A stretch of 64,000 nt of DNA from a bacterium (GTDB lineage: Bacteria; Patescibacteriota; Saccharimonadia; Saccharimonadales; UBA4665): positions 154,790-218,789 of the forward strand of contig JAJZJS010000001.1 in NCBI GenBank assembly GCA_021810025.1, written 5' to 3'. Position 1 is the stretch's first letter. Every line of letters begins with the position of its first letter. The position numbers were made by a program, and so were the translations under genes. Below, one piece after another: positions 52,326-61,661 of the stretch. Below the pieces are notes generated by a model, which did no database searches, was not told where the DNA came from, and saw only the letters and a list, made by a program, of their open reading frames with translations.

Positions 52326-54131
52326 TTAGTCTGCCGAAGTTACCCTAAATACTTCTTCGATGGTAGTCTGACCACGAAGTGATTTAATTAAACCGTCAAT
52401 TTTCATTGTCACCATTTTATCTGTAGATATAGCATAATTTTCGATATCTTCTGAGGTAGTATTGTTAATTATCATATGTTGTAGTTCCTCTGTATTGGGC
52501 AATACTTCATATATTCCGATTCGACCTTTATAACCTGTTTGGCTACAAATTTCGCATCCATCAGGATTAGCCTTCCAGAGTCGTTTGATATTACTCGAAC
52601 TGGAGCTAAGATCATTGGTGGTATTTTTAATAGTTGGATTGATATTATCTTTAATAGCTAAAGTTTCGAGTTTATTAATCTCCAGAATTGAATCATCACC
52701 ACTTAATCCAAAATCTTTCTTTATTCTTTGAAACATGTCGTTATCAACACTTATTTCTTGAGCGCAGTTGGAGCATAGACGACGTACTAAACGTTGAGCT
52801 ATAACGACTCGAATAGTTGAAGCGATTAAAAAGGGCTCAACTCCCATATCCAACAAGCGAGGCAAACAAGTTGCAGCATTATTGGTATGAAGGGTACTAA
52901 AGACCAGGTGGCCGGTTAAAGCAGCCTGAATTGCTAAATCAGCTGTTTCGATGTCACGAACTTCTCCGACCATAATAATGTTGGGATCTTGTCTAAGTAG
53001 AGCCCTTAAACCACTTCCAAAGGTCATTCCGGCTGCTGGGTTAACTTGAGTCTGATTAGCTCCTACTATGTGATATTCGACCGGATCTTCAACCGTGGAG
53101 ATATTGACGTCTGGTGTATTCAGCTTACTTAAAATACTAAACAGAGTAGTCGACTTTCCAGACCCGGTCGGTCCAGTCACTAGAATCATGCCGTGAGGTT
53201 GGATAATTGCATTTTCGAGTATTTCAAGTCCTTTTCCCCAAAATCCTAATTCATTAAAATTAGCAGCTCGAGAAGACTCATTTAAAATTCTCATAACAAT
53301 TTTTTCTCCATCTAAAATTGGGAGAGATGACACCCTAAGCGCATAATACATTCCGCCTATTTCCACCTTAAAGCGTCCGTCTTGAGGGGCACGGTGTTCA
53401 TCAATTTTCATATTGCTCAAAATTTTAATTCTACTAATTAAGGAGTTCAGTAGTTTTCGAGGAAGCTTATTAGCTTCTTTTAAAATTCCATCAATTCTGT
53501 ACCGAATCAAAACGTAATCTTCGCGAGGTTCAATGTGAATATCACTTGCGCCCGACTTAACCGCATAATCGATAATTATATTAACGGACTGTGCCACGGG
53601 AGAATCCTCGGCAATATCCTTTTCATCAATTTCTTCATCACTCCCTCCATCTTGGTCTTGATCAGTATCAATGACCTTAGTTAGTTCTGAATCAATATTA
53701 TCTCGGTATTGATCAATACCGGCTTGAATTAGAGAAGAAGGAGTACTAAAAATCTTTAGTTTGTCGCCTAATTGTTTGCGCAGAAAGTTAATAGCCTGGA
53801 CGTCATCGGGATCATCAAGAGCCAGAGAAATATTGTGGTTTTCATCGACATCAAAGACTATTGCTCCATATTGCCGAGCAATTCTTTCAGGTAATAACTT
53901 TAAGTACTCCCTTTTAATTTCTTTAGGGCTTAAATTAACGAAAGGTATATCTATTTCATCGGCATAAAGCTTAGTCAACTCTTCTTCGCTTAAGAGATGA
54001 TTGATTAAGACTAAGTCTTGAAGAGGTTTCTTGGTTTTTTCTTCTTGAGTCCTTAAATTCTTAATCTCTTCTTCGGAAAATTTTCCGCTTGATTTAAGTA
54101 ATTTCTCAACTAAATTGTCCGGAATACGCAT
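52326..54131 (-). CDS. pilB: type IV pilus assembly ATPase PilB (GspE family)
   Basis: N-terminal GSPII_E_N domain, Walker A GPTGSGKST, Asp box, Walker B IIMVGEVRD, His box STLHTN, and a tetra-Cys motif (CSNC...CEIC). Confidence 0.95.
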   Translation of the reverse strand: MRIPDNLVEKLLKSSGKFSEEEIKNLRTQEEKTKKPLQDLVLINHLLSEEELTKLYADEIDIPFVNLSPKEIKREYLKLLPERIARQYGAIVFDVDENHNISLALDDPDDVQAINFLRKQLGDKLKIFSTPSSLIQAGIDQYRDNIDSELTKVIDTDQDQDGGSDEEIDEKDIAEDSPVAQSVNIIIDYAVKSGASDIHIEPREDYVLIRYRIDGILKEANKLPRKLLNSLISRIKILSNMKIDEHRAPQDGRFKVEIGGMYYALRVSSLPILDGEKIVMRILNESSRAANFNELGFWGKGLEILENAIIQPHGMILVTGPTGSGKSTTLFSILSKLNTPDVNISTVEDPVEYHIVGANQTQVNPAAGMTFGSGLRALLRQDPNIIMVGEVRDIETADLAIQAALTGHLVFSTLHTNNAATCLPRLLDMGVEPFLIASTIRVVIAQRLVRRLCSNCAQEISVDNDMFQRIKKDFGLSGDDSILEINKLETLAIKDNINPTIKNTTNDLSSSSSNIKRLWKANPDGCEICSQTGYKGRIGIYEVLPNTEELQHMIINNTTSEDIENYAISTDKMVTMKIDGLIKSLRGQTTIEEVFRVTSAD

Positions 54132-54302
54132 CTTTATTTTATTCCACCCATATACATAGTTATATAATAGCAGAACAATCTATAATTTTTAAGCTTATCG
54201 AATCATGTTTAATTTTTATTAAAATAAACCAAGATTAAATTAGAAGTTGATGTAGATTTAAGTTATTATTTAAGTAAAGGGTGGCTAAAAGGAGGGTATT
54301 AA

Positions 54303-55301
54303 GTGGTTAAAAATGACAATGAAAATCGATCCAAAGCGCTTGGTTTGGCATTAGAACAGATTGAAAAGCAGTTTGGAAAGGGATCTATTATGAAGCTTGG
54401 AGAAAATACTCACGCTAAGGTGGAAATAGTACCTAGTGGATCAATTTCTTTAGATTTAGCTTTAGGCGGAGGTCTTCCCAAGGGCCGAATTATTGAAATT
54501 TATGGACCAGAAAGTTCCGGAAAAACAACCGTTACTCTTCATGCCATTGCCGAAGTTCAAAAAAGAGGTGGAACTGCAGCTTTTATCGATGCTGAACATG
54601 CTCTTGATCCAGCTTATGCCAAAAGAATTGGAGTTGATATAGATAATCTTCTTTTGTCTCAACCCGATAATGGAGAACAGGCTCTCGAAATAGCTGAAAC
54701 ACTAGTTAGATCCAACGCAGTTGACTTGATTGTCGTTGATTCCGTTGCAGCTTTAGTTCCACGAGCCGAAATAGAAGGAGATATGGGCGATTCATTGCCT
54801 GGTTTACAAGCCCGTTTAATGAGTCAAGCTCTCCGGAAACTAGCCGGAGTCATAAGTCGTTCTAATGCTACGGTTGTATTCATTAATCAAATTCGAATGA
54901 AAATTGGGGTTATGTTTGGTAATCCTGAAACAACAACAGGAGGAAACGCTCTAAAATTTTATGCTTCAATTCGAATGGATATTCGACGCATCGGTCAAAT
55001 TAAACAAGGTGATAATATTATCGGGAATCGAACCAGAGTTAAGGTAGTAAAGAATAAAATAGCACCACCTTTTAAAGAGGCTGAGTTTGATATTATGTAC
55101 AATGAAGGCATTTCTAGATCAGGAGACGTTTTAGACTTAGCTACCAATAAGGGAATTGTTGAAAAAGCAGGTGCTTGGTATTCATATAAGGGAGAGAAAA
55201 TTGGTCAAGGTCGAGAAGCTACTAAGCTTTATTTAGATAAAAATCCAAAATTATTAGAAGAATTAATTAAAAAAATAATGGAGCCAGCTCAAGAAGAATA
55301 G
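54303..55301 (+). CDS. recA: recombinase RecA
   Basis: [11 protein letters not shown], Walker [20 protein letters not shown], and the L2 region. The start is GTG 54303, 7 nt after AAGGAGGG; ATG 54312 is an alternative. Confidence 0.97.
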   Translation: MVKNDNENRSKALGLALEQIEKQFGKGSIMKLGENTHAKVEIVPSGSISLDLALGGGLPKGRIIEIYGPESSGKTTVTLHAIAEVQKRGGTAAFIDAEHALDPAYAKRIGVDIDNLLLSQPDNGEQALEIAETLVRSNAVDLIVVDSVAALVPRAEIEGDMGDSLPGLQARLMSQALRKLAGVISRSNATVVFINQIRMKIGVMFGNPETTTGGNALKFYASIRMDIRRIGQIKQGDNIIGNRTRVKVVKNKIAPPFKEAEFDIMYNEGISRSGDVLDLATNKGIVEKAGAWYSYKGEKIGQGREATKLYLDKNPKLLEELIKKIMEPAQEE

Positions 55302-55308
55302 TAATGAG

Positions 55309-55914
55309 ATGCGAATTACTAAGATTGTTCAAATTGGAAAAGAAGATAAATTTGGCATATTTGTTGATGATAAGCTTAGCTTCTATCTAGATAGTCAAAC
55401 TATTTTAAAGAGCAGTTTAAGTATTAATCAGGATCTTAGCACGGTTCAACTTGATAAAATCCAGGCCCTTGCTACTTATCACAAGTTTTATTTATTAGCC
55501 CTCCGGTATGTTAGTCGCCGCTTTAAGAGTGAAGCCGAAGTCATCAAATATCTTACTCAAAAAGGAGCTTCGAAGGAAGACATAAAAACTATCATGGATA
55601 GATTAATTGAACTTGATTTGGTCAACGATGAACGGTATGTTCAAAGTTATATTCAAAATAGATTAGAGTTTCGGCCTGCTTCAAAACGAAAGATTATGTT
55701 CGAGTTAAAGAAACATCTAATAGCCAGTGAAATTATTAACAGATCTCTCTTAAATGATCAAATTAGTGATCTTGATGCTCTTCGCAGCATAATGCAATCT
55801 AAACGACATCTTGCAAAATACAAAGATCCATTAAAGTTAATGCGTTATTTAGTTGGAATTGGTTTTAATTATTCTGACATTAAAGAGATTTTAGCTGAAG
55901 AAGAAATTAAATAG
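55309..55914 (+). CDS. recX: recombination regulator RecX
   Basis: 201 aa directly after recA, with three-helix repeat architecture (ALRYVSRRFKSEAEVIKYLTQKG..., ...ERYVQSYIQNRL...). Confidence 0.75.
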   Translation: MRITKIVQIGKEDKFGIFVDDKLSFYLDSQTILKSSLSINQDLSTVQLDKIQALATYHKFYLLALRYVSRRFKSEAEVIKYLTQKGASKEDIKTIMDRLIELDLVNDERYVQSYIQNRLEFRPASKRKIMFELKKHLIASEIINRSLLNDQISDLDALRSIMQSKRHLAKYKDPLKLMRYLVGIGFNYSDIKEILAEEEIK

Positions 55915-56422
55915 AAACTCCTGCCTGAGCTAGAAAGGGACTTAAAAGTTCATTAATAATAATTTTTTGAGGAGTGATTTCATTTATTTGAGATCGATCG
56001 ATCATAAGCCTGTTATTATTTAACTTCTTGTAGATTGGTTTGGAAGAATAAATCTTCTGAATAAAGAAAGATTGATTGTCAACGGCATAATCTTCTACTT
56101 TCCCAACTTTATTACCGCTAATTGTTTCGACTTTCTTATTTATAAGCTCGAAATTAATAGTCATAATATTTTTTAGGCGTATTAAATCTTCAGCATTGCT
56201 CAAACTATCATGATCATTGACAATATAACCATTGCCTTGAAATTCTCGAATATCTTGTTCGAGCAAGATTAAGACTTGTTTTGTTGAATAATCTCGACAA
56301 TAAAATCCTTCAATTTTTAGATTATTTGGATTAATAATGGGCTTAATGATGCTTGCTACTGCAGAAGCGGTTCGAAGTGATAAAACTTCTTGATTGAGGA
56401 TAACGGAACTTAGGAAAAGCAT
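55907..56422 (-). CDS. PRC-barrel-like domain protein (tentative)
   Basis: 171 aa with two segments of the type ...VLSLRTASAVASI... and ...ISGNKVGKVEDYAVDNQS..., reminiscent of PRC-barrel repeats. Confidence 0.4.
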   Translation of the reverse strand: MLFLSSVILNQEVLSLRTASAVASIIKPIINPNNLKIEGFYCRDYSTKQVLILLEQDIREFQGNGYIVNDHDSLSNAEDLIRLKNIMTINFELINKKVETISGNKVGKVEDYAVDNQSFFIQKIYSSKPIYKKLNNNRLMIDRSQINEITPQKIIINELLSPFLAQAGVSI

Positions 56423-56485
56423 ACTTTTATTATATTACTTTTATATCCATAATTACTAAAGGTTATGTAATATAATTTAAAGATT

Positions 56486-56947
56486 ATGACTTTATATAAT
56501 GAGTTGACTATCAACCGGTTGGATCTAGAACAGTTCCAGCAATTTGGGCTAAAGATTGGCAAGAAGCTTAAGGGCGGTGAGGTTATAGAGTTAAGTAGTG
56601 ATCTAGGGGGCGGTAAAACTACTTTAGCAAAGACTATTGTTAAAGGAGCTGGCTCTAATGATAATGTAACGAGTCCTAGTTTTACTATTGCTAATTTATA
56701 TCAAGCTATTAATTTTAATATTCAACACTTTGACTTTTATCGATTAACTGAACCCGGCATAATTAAACTCCAGATAGAAGAGAGTATTAATTCAAAGAGA
56801 GATGTTATTATTGTTGAATGGGGGCAGAGCGTAGCTCAAGTACTTCCACCTCAACGCTTAATAATAAAGATTAATTTTGAGGACTTTGATACTAGAAGTT
56901 TAAGTATTCGTTTCCCTAAAAGTTATGATTATTTATTGAAAGAGTAA
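56486..56947 (+). CDS. tsaE: tRNA t6A biosynthesis ATPase TsaE (YjeE)
   Basis: GGEVIELSSDLGGGKTTLAKTIVKG, SPSFTI, HFDFYRL and VEWG are TsaE signatures. Confidence 0.85.
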   Translation: MTLYNELTINRLDLEQFQQFGLKIGKKLKGGEVIELSSDLGGGKTTLAKTIVKGAGSNDNVTSPSFTIANLYQAINFNIQHFDFYRLTEPGIIKLQIEESINSKRDVIIVEWGQSVAQVLPPQRLIIKINFEDFDTRSLSIRFPKSYDYLLKE

Positions 56948-56949
56948 TT

Positions 56950-57342
56950 TTGTATTTTTTATATTTAGACAATCAAGAGGATGTGACAGAGATAGGCTTG
57001 ATCTTAAACGATATCAAGCTTGATTCTTGCAGCATCACTGATCGAACAAAGTTAGCTGAGTGTTTATTGGTAGAAATTACTCAACTGTTCCAAAAAAATA
57101 AAATTCAAATTAAGGACCTCGATGGAATTGTTTGTTTTTTGGGCCCTAGTAGTTTTACTGGCCTTCGGATAACGCTTAGTACCGCTAACGCTCTAGCCTA
57201 TAGTTTAAATATCCCAATTAGTGGCGCTGGAGGCAAAAACTGGTTAAGTAGTTCTTTGAGAAAATTAAAGAAAAATCCATCTCACGAGCCACTTTTGCCA
57301 AATTATGGGGCTGATCCAAATATTACTACCCCTAAAAAATAA
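56950..57342 (+). CDS. tsaB: TsaB (YeaZ)-like protein, N-terminal half only (130 aa)
   Basis: LGPSSFTGLRITLSTANALAYSLNIPISG is the TsaB/TsaD-family motif. It uses a TTG start 2 nt after tsaE and is only about half the usual length. Confidence 0.65.
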   Translation: MYFLYLDNQEDVTEIGLILNDIKLDSCSITDRTKLAECLLVEITQLFQKNKIQIKDLDGIVCFLGPSSFTGLRITLSTANALAYSLNIPISGAGGKNWLSSSLRKLKKNPSHEPLLPNYGADPNITTPKK

Positions 57343-57523
57343 GTTGGTGCAATAGTGGTCAAAGAGTATACTATAGAACAGGAAGAATCGTTTGAGGAAA
57401 AGACCAAAGAACGTGTTAACCTATTTTTGTTATTAATTATTCAAGATAATCCTGATCTGTTAGATAAAGCTAGTGAAGTGATAGCGACGCTTTAGTCCAG
57501 GCGGGGTCTATAAGGGAGGAAAC

Positions 57524-59032
57524 ATGTTAAGTGCCGTACTTGCGATAGTAGGACTAGTTATTGGCTTTGGAGCCAATTCTGTAATTTCTAAAAAAAGAAT
57601 GGGATCGGCTGAAGCTGAAGCCAAGAAAGAACTTGAAAAAGCTAAAAAAGAAGCAGCCAAATTAGTTGATCAAGCTCGTGAGGAAGCTCTTGAGTCGACA
57701 AATCAAGCCAAAAAGGACGAACAATCACGTCGTAAAGAATTGCAGGAGCTTGAAAGAAGACTGATTGCTCGAGAAGAAAATCTAGATAAGAAACTTGACG
57801 ATTTAGATAAACGTACCGAAAAATTAAGAGCTAACGAAGATGACATTGAGAAACTTAAAAATGAGATTAGGGATATTAGAGTTAAGCAACAAGAGAAACT
57901 TGAAAAGATAGCTAAATTAACAAAAGCTGACGCAGCCCAAAAATTGATGGAAATGACGGAGCGTGATATTCGGAATGATCTTACTGGACTTATCGTTAAG
58001 CTTCAAAATGAAGCTAAAGATAACGCCGAAGAACAAGCAGCCCTTATTATTACTACCGCCATGGAAAGAATGTCTTCAGAAGTGACTGCTGAACGCACGA
58101 TAACTAGCTTGAAGCTCGAGGACGAAGAGATGAAAGGTCGTATTATTGGAAAAGAAGGTCGTAATATTCAGGCTCTTCAAAAAGCAACTGGGGTAGATAT
58201 TATGGTTGATGATACTCCTGGCTATATTGTATTTAGTAGCTTTGATCCAATTCGTCGAGAAGTTGCTCGACAAACTCTAGAAATGTTAATGAAAGATGGG
58301 AGAATTCATCCAGGTCGAATTGAAGAAGTGGTGGCAAAAGCTCAAGCCAATGTCGAAAAAGACGTTATACGTGCTGGCGAGGATGCTGCTAGAGAAGTTG
58401 GAATCATTGGAATACCAAAGGAGATTTTACAATTACTGGGAGAACTAAAATATCGAACTAGCTATGGTCAAAACGTCTTAAAACATAGTACTGAGATGGC
58501 TCATATGGCAGGGATTATCGCCGAAGAAGTTGGTGCTGATGTTAAAACATCTAAGTATGCGGCCTTAGTTCATGATTTAGGCAAAGCCTTAACTCATAAA
58601 ATGGAAGGAAAGCATCACCATATTTCAGGCGAGATTCTTCGCAAGTATGGGGCCCCTGAAGAGGTAGCTTTAGCTGCTGAACAGCATCATGACGATGTTG
58701 AGGCAACTAGTGTTGAAGCATTGATAATTAGGGTGGTAGATGCTATTAGTGCCTCTCGTCCAGGAGCTCGTAATATTAGTGCCGAGAATTTTGTGGAACG
58801 CATGAAAGATCTTGAGAATGTTGCTAATAGCTTTAAGGGCATTGAAAAAACTTACGCGATTAGTGCCGGAAGAGAAGTAAGGGTTTTTGTTAAGCCGAGC
58901 CAAATCGATGATTTATCAGCGATTAAATTAGCTCGCGATATAGCAACTAAAATAGAATCTACTATGCAATATCCTGGAACCATCAAAGTTAATGTTATTA
59001 GGGAAACTAGAGCTATTGAGTTTGCGAAGTAG
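57524..59032 (+). CDS. rny: ribonuclease Y
   Basis: N-terminal TM helix, a long coiled coil, a KH domain (GRIIGKEGRNIQAL) and an HD domain (HSTEMAHMAG...VHDLGKA); 502 aa. Confidence 0.95.
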   Translation: MLSAVLAIVGLVIGFGANSVISKKRMGSAEAEAKKELEKAKKEAAKLVDQAREEALESTNQAKKDEQSRRKELQELERRLIAREENLDKKLDDLDKRTEKLRANEDDIEKLKNEIRDIRVKQQEKLEKIAKLTKADAAQKLMEMTERDIRNDLTGLIVKLQNEAKDNAEEQAALIITTAMERMSSEVTAERTITSLKLEDEEMKGRIIGKEGRNIQALQKATGVDIMVDDTPGYIVFSSFDPIRREVARQTLEMLMKDGRIHPGRIEEVVAKAQANVEKDVIRAGEDAAREVGIIGIPKEILQLLGELKYRTSYGQNVLKHSTEMAHMAGIIAEEVGADVKTSKYAALVHDLGKALTHKMEGKHHHISGEILRKYGAPEEVALAAEQHHDDVEATSVEALIIRVVDAISASRPGARNISAENFVERMKDLENVANSFKGIEKTYAISAGREVRVFVKPSQIDDLSAIKLARDIATKIESTMQYPGTIKVNVIRETRAIEFAK

Positions 59033-59041
59033 GCTTCTACG

Positions 59042-59842
59042 ATGCGTTTCTTATATCTTGGTGACATTATGGGGGAGTTGGGTGTTCAAACAGTTACTCA
59101 ACTTTTGCCTGAAATAAAGAAGCAATATAGTCCAGATTTTATTATTGCTCAAGCTGAAAATGTTACAAACGGGAAAGGAATATCAATTCGAGATTTTAGA
59201 ATTCTTCAAGAACTAGGTATAGATTTTTGTACCGGAGGGAATTGGACTTTTAATATTGATGAAATATATGAATTACTGAATGATCCTTCAGAGCCCATTA
59301 TTAGACCCGCAAATTATCCAAGTGGAACTGTCGGGAGAGGCTATAAATATTTAAAAATTTCCAATGGAGATATCCTAATTATTTCGATCATAGGAAAGAT
59401 TGTTGGGAAAGATTCTGATCTTTTATTAGACAACCCACTTTTAAGCGTTGACAATATTATTGATCAAGAACAAGCTCACCCTAAAATTGCCACTATTGTT
59501 AATTTTCATGGAGATTATTCAAGCGAAAAAGTAGTTATTGGACATTATCTAGATGGACGAGTGACGGCTGTTTTAGGTGATCATTGGCATGTTCCAAGTT
59601 CTGACTATAGGATACTTCCTAAGGGAACTGCTCATGTTTCAGACGTTGGTATGAATGGAGCCCTGAACTCTTCATTGGGAGTAAAACTTAATATAATTAT
59701 TGATCGTTGGAAAAATAATATTAAAAGTCGTAACGTTCTAGAAAAAGATGGCCCTACTCAATTCAATGCTATATACGTTGATTTTGAACCAAAGACTGGC
59801 CTAGCGCAAACGATTGATCGCATTCAGATTTACACTAAATAA
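59042..59842 (+). CDS. ymdB: YmdB-family metallophosphoesterase (2',3'-cyclic-nucleotide 2'-phosphodiesterase type)
   Basis: MRFLYLGDIMG, AQAENVTNGKGI, TGGNWTF, NFHGDYSSEK, and GDHWHVPSSD...VSDVGMNG. The conserved rny-ymdB synteny supports the call. Confidence 0.9.
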   Translation: MRFLYLGDIMGELGVQTVTQLLPEIKKQYSPDFIIAQAENVTNGKGISIRDFRILQELGIDFCTGGNWTFNIDEIYELLNDPSEPIIRPANYPSGTVGRGYKYLKISNGDILIISIIGKIVGKDSDLLLDNPLLSVDNIIDQEQAHPKIATIVNFHGDYSSEKVVIGHYLDGRVTAVLGDHWHVPSSDYRILPKGTAHVSDVGMNGALNSSLGVKLNIIIDRWKNNIKSRNVLEKDGPTQFNAIYVDFEPKTGLAQTIDRIQIYTK

Positions 59843-59881
59843 TTTTAGATTAAAAACTTTTAATATATAATTAAAACAAAT

Positions 59882-59958
59882 CGGGGATTGGCGCAGTTGG
59901 CTAGCGCGCCGCGTTTGGGACGCGGAGGTCGGAGGTTCGAGTCCTCTATCCCCGACCA
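59882..59958 (+). tRNA. tRNA-Pro (TGG)
   Basis: CGGGGATTGGCGCAGTTGGCTAGCGCGCCGCGTTTGGGACGCGGAGGTCGGAGGTTCGAGTCCTCTATCCCCGACCA, with anticodon loop TTTGGGA. Confidence 0.92.
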
Positions 59959-60445
59959 AATACAGAGACTTTGTCTAAAGACAGCAATAACCTTATCTAC
60001 CTAGCCTTTAATATAATAGATACACGGAAAGATGGTTTGACGGTCTTAAAACAGAACTAAGTTCACTTGCTAAATTCAATAATCCAGCAGAAAATACATG
60101 AAGCACTCTTCAAATTTATTATTGCTACAATAAAAGAATCTACGCTACTTTAAAAACTACACCAGAATAATATGCTAAAAAATTATTTCAGACTAGACAT
60201 AAGGTATTCAAAAATAAGAGAGCTTGAGGGTTCAGTTTTTTAGCACCTAACAAAATTACGTAGCAAAGGTCTATCAACTTATTGGTTAATACCACATTAC
60301 TTTTTAATGTTGTCTTATAGAGATGATTTGATTTTAACTTTATCATTATAAATGTTTGGTATATGCTCACGCCTGTTGAATGTTGCCTTTTAACCCAACC
60401 TTTCGGGAGATTAGCAACCGTATTAGTCTGTCATTATTGTCTTAA

Positions 60446-60883
60446 TTATTTATTAGAATTAGAACTATTTGCTATTGGTACGGCATCAGCTGAATGGGCA
60501 GGTAAATAAATCGTTTCTCCAGGCATTAAATTACCATTTTGATTTTTTGGAATTTGATTTTCGATTTGTTGTTCCTGTTGGAATAATAATTCTGGGTTAT
60601 CTGCCACTTTTTGACTTTCTCCGCTCGCAATGCCCCAAACTGTTTGATTGGGCTCTACGGTATGCTCCATAGTGTTTTTGGGCAAACTAGGGTTATCGTT
60701 TTGGATCTCTTGTTTTATTCCCAAGACTGCTAAAGTGGTTAAACCAAGAGCTATGGCCCAGTGTCGTCCATAATGATTTTTTTGACGTTTTTCCTTATCG
60801 AAAATTGGTAAAGAATCCTTTTTATTTATTTCCATAAACATACTATAACAAACATTAGCACAATAGTCAATAAGATAATACAA
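60446..60883 (-). CDS. hypothetical membrane-anchored protein with a LysM-like C-terminal segment
   Basis: The TM helix WAIALGLTTLAVLGI is followed by HTVEPNQTVWGIASGES...LMPGETIYLP, which resembles a LysM pattern. The start is uncertain because several in-frame ATGs exist. Confidence 0.5.
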   Translation of the reverse strand: MYYLIDYCANVCYSMFMEINKKDSLPIFDKEKRQKNHYGRHWAIALGLTTLAVLGIKQEIQNDNPSLPKNTMEHTVEPNQTVWGIASGESQKVADNPELLFQQEQQIENQIPKNQNGNLMPGETIYLPAHSADAVPIANSSNSNK

Positions 60884-60927
60884 TATAAAATATTATATTA
60901 TAACTTTTTAATCTATAATTTAGGATA

Positions 60928-61004
60928 CGGGAATTAGCGCAGCTCGGTAGCGCGCCGCGTTCGGGACGCGGAGGTCGTGGGTTCAAATCCCGCATTCCCG
61001 ACCA
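60928..61004 (+). tRNA. tRNA-Pro (CGG)
   Basis: CGGGAATTAGCGCAGCTCGGTAGCGCGCCGCGTTCGGGACGCGGAGGTCGTGGGTTCAAATCCCGCATTCCCGACCA, with anticodon loop TTCGGGA. Confidence 0.92.
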
Positions 61005-61025
61005 TTTGGAGTACAATAAATATTT

Positions 61026-61661
61026 ATGAATGCACTGATAATATTATTAGTTTTAGGAATCGTATTCCTAGTCCTAATAATTAATGAGATTTTATGGAGA
61101 AAGAGAAAGATCTATGACGAACTTAGCCGTAAGTTTATCCATATTTTAGTGGGATCTTTCGTAGCATTTTGGCCCTTTTTTCTTACTTGGCGAGAAATAG
61201 AATATTTTAGTTTGGCATTTATGGCGGTGGTTTTAATTTCTAAGAAAATTAATATATTCAGAGCAATTCATTCTGTTCAACGTACAACTTGGGGTGAACT
61301 CTTCTTTGCGATGTCGGTGGGAGGAATTGCGCTATTAACTCATGATAAATGGATATTTATGATAGCTCTCCTGACGATGAGTTTAGCGGACGGTTTAGCT
61401 GCTGTAATAGGTTCAAATTTTAAAATCGGATTTCGTTATCAGGTTTTTGGACATACTAAAAGTACGATTGGATCGTTTACTTTTTTTGTAGTCAGTTTAA
61501 TCTTATTAATTAGTTACGGACTATTTGTTCCTGCCGAAAGCTTTAAGCTTGTCTTAGTCTTGTATGCTTTTATCGCAACATTTCTTGAGAATATATCAAT
61601 TGCTGGTTTTGATAATCTAACAATACCGATATTTATTGCCTTAGTTCTAAGATTTTATTAA
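61026..61661 (+). CDS. polyprenol/diacylglycerol kinase-like or cytidylyltransferase-family membrane protein
   Basis: 211 aa with 6-7 TM helices. The SRKFIHILVG...SLADGLAAVIGSNFG...HTKSTIGS pattern matches the dolichol kinase / phytol kinase / CdsA superfamily. Confidence 0.5.
   Translation: MNALIILLVLGIVFLVLIINEILWRKRKIYDELSRKFIHILVGSFVAFWPFFLTWREIEYFSLAFMAVVLISKKINIFRAIHSVQRTTWGELFFAMSVGGIALLTHDKWIFMIALLTMSLADGLAAVIGSNFKIGFRYQVFGHTKSTIGSFTFFVVSLILLISYGLFVPAESFKLVLVLYAFIATFLENISIAGFDNLTIPIFIALVLRFY

Noticed and set aside
54132-54302. A possible LexA/Cheo-type SOS box upstream of recA (CGAATCATGTTTA near 54198-54210).
   Set aside because: It matches only about half of CGAAC-N4-GTTCG, and no lexA gene is in the window to motivate the call.
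57355-57495. A 46-aa GTG-initiated ORF (VVKEYTIEQEESFEEKTKERVNLFLLLIIQDNPDLLDKASEVIATL) in the tsaB-rny gap.
   Set aside because: It has no SD and a non-ATG start, and it cannot be verified without homology. It may simply be the rny 5' leader.
60188-60370. A 60-aa minus-strand ORF in the spacer after tRNA-Pro.
   Set aside because: The AT-rich spacer yields an isolated ORF with no SD, no motif and implausible sequence.
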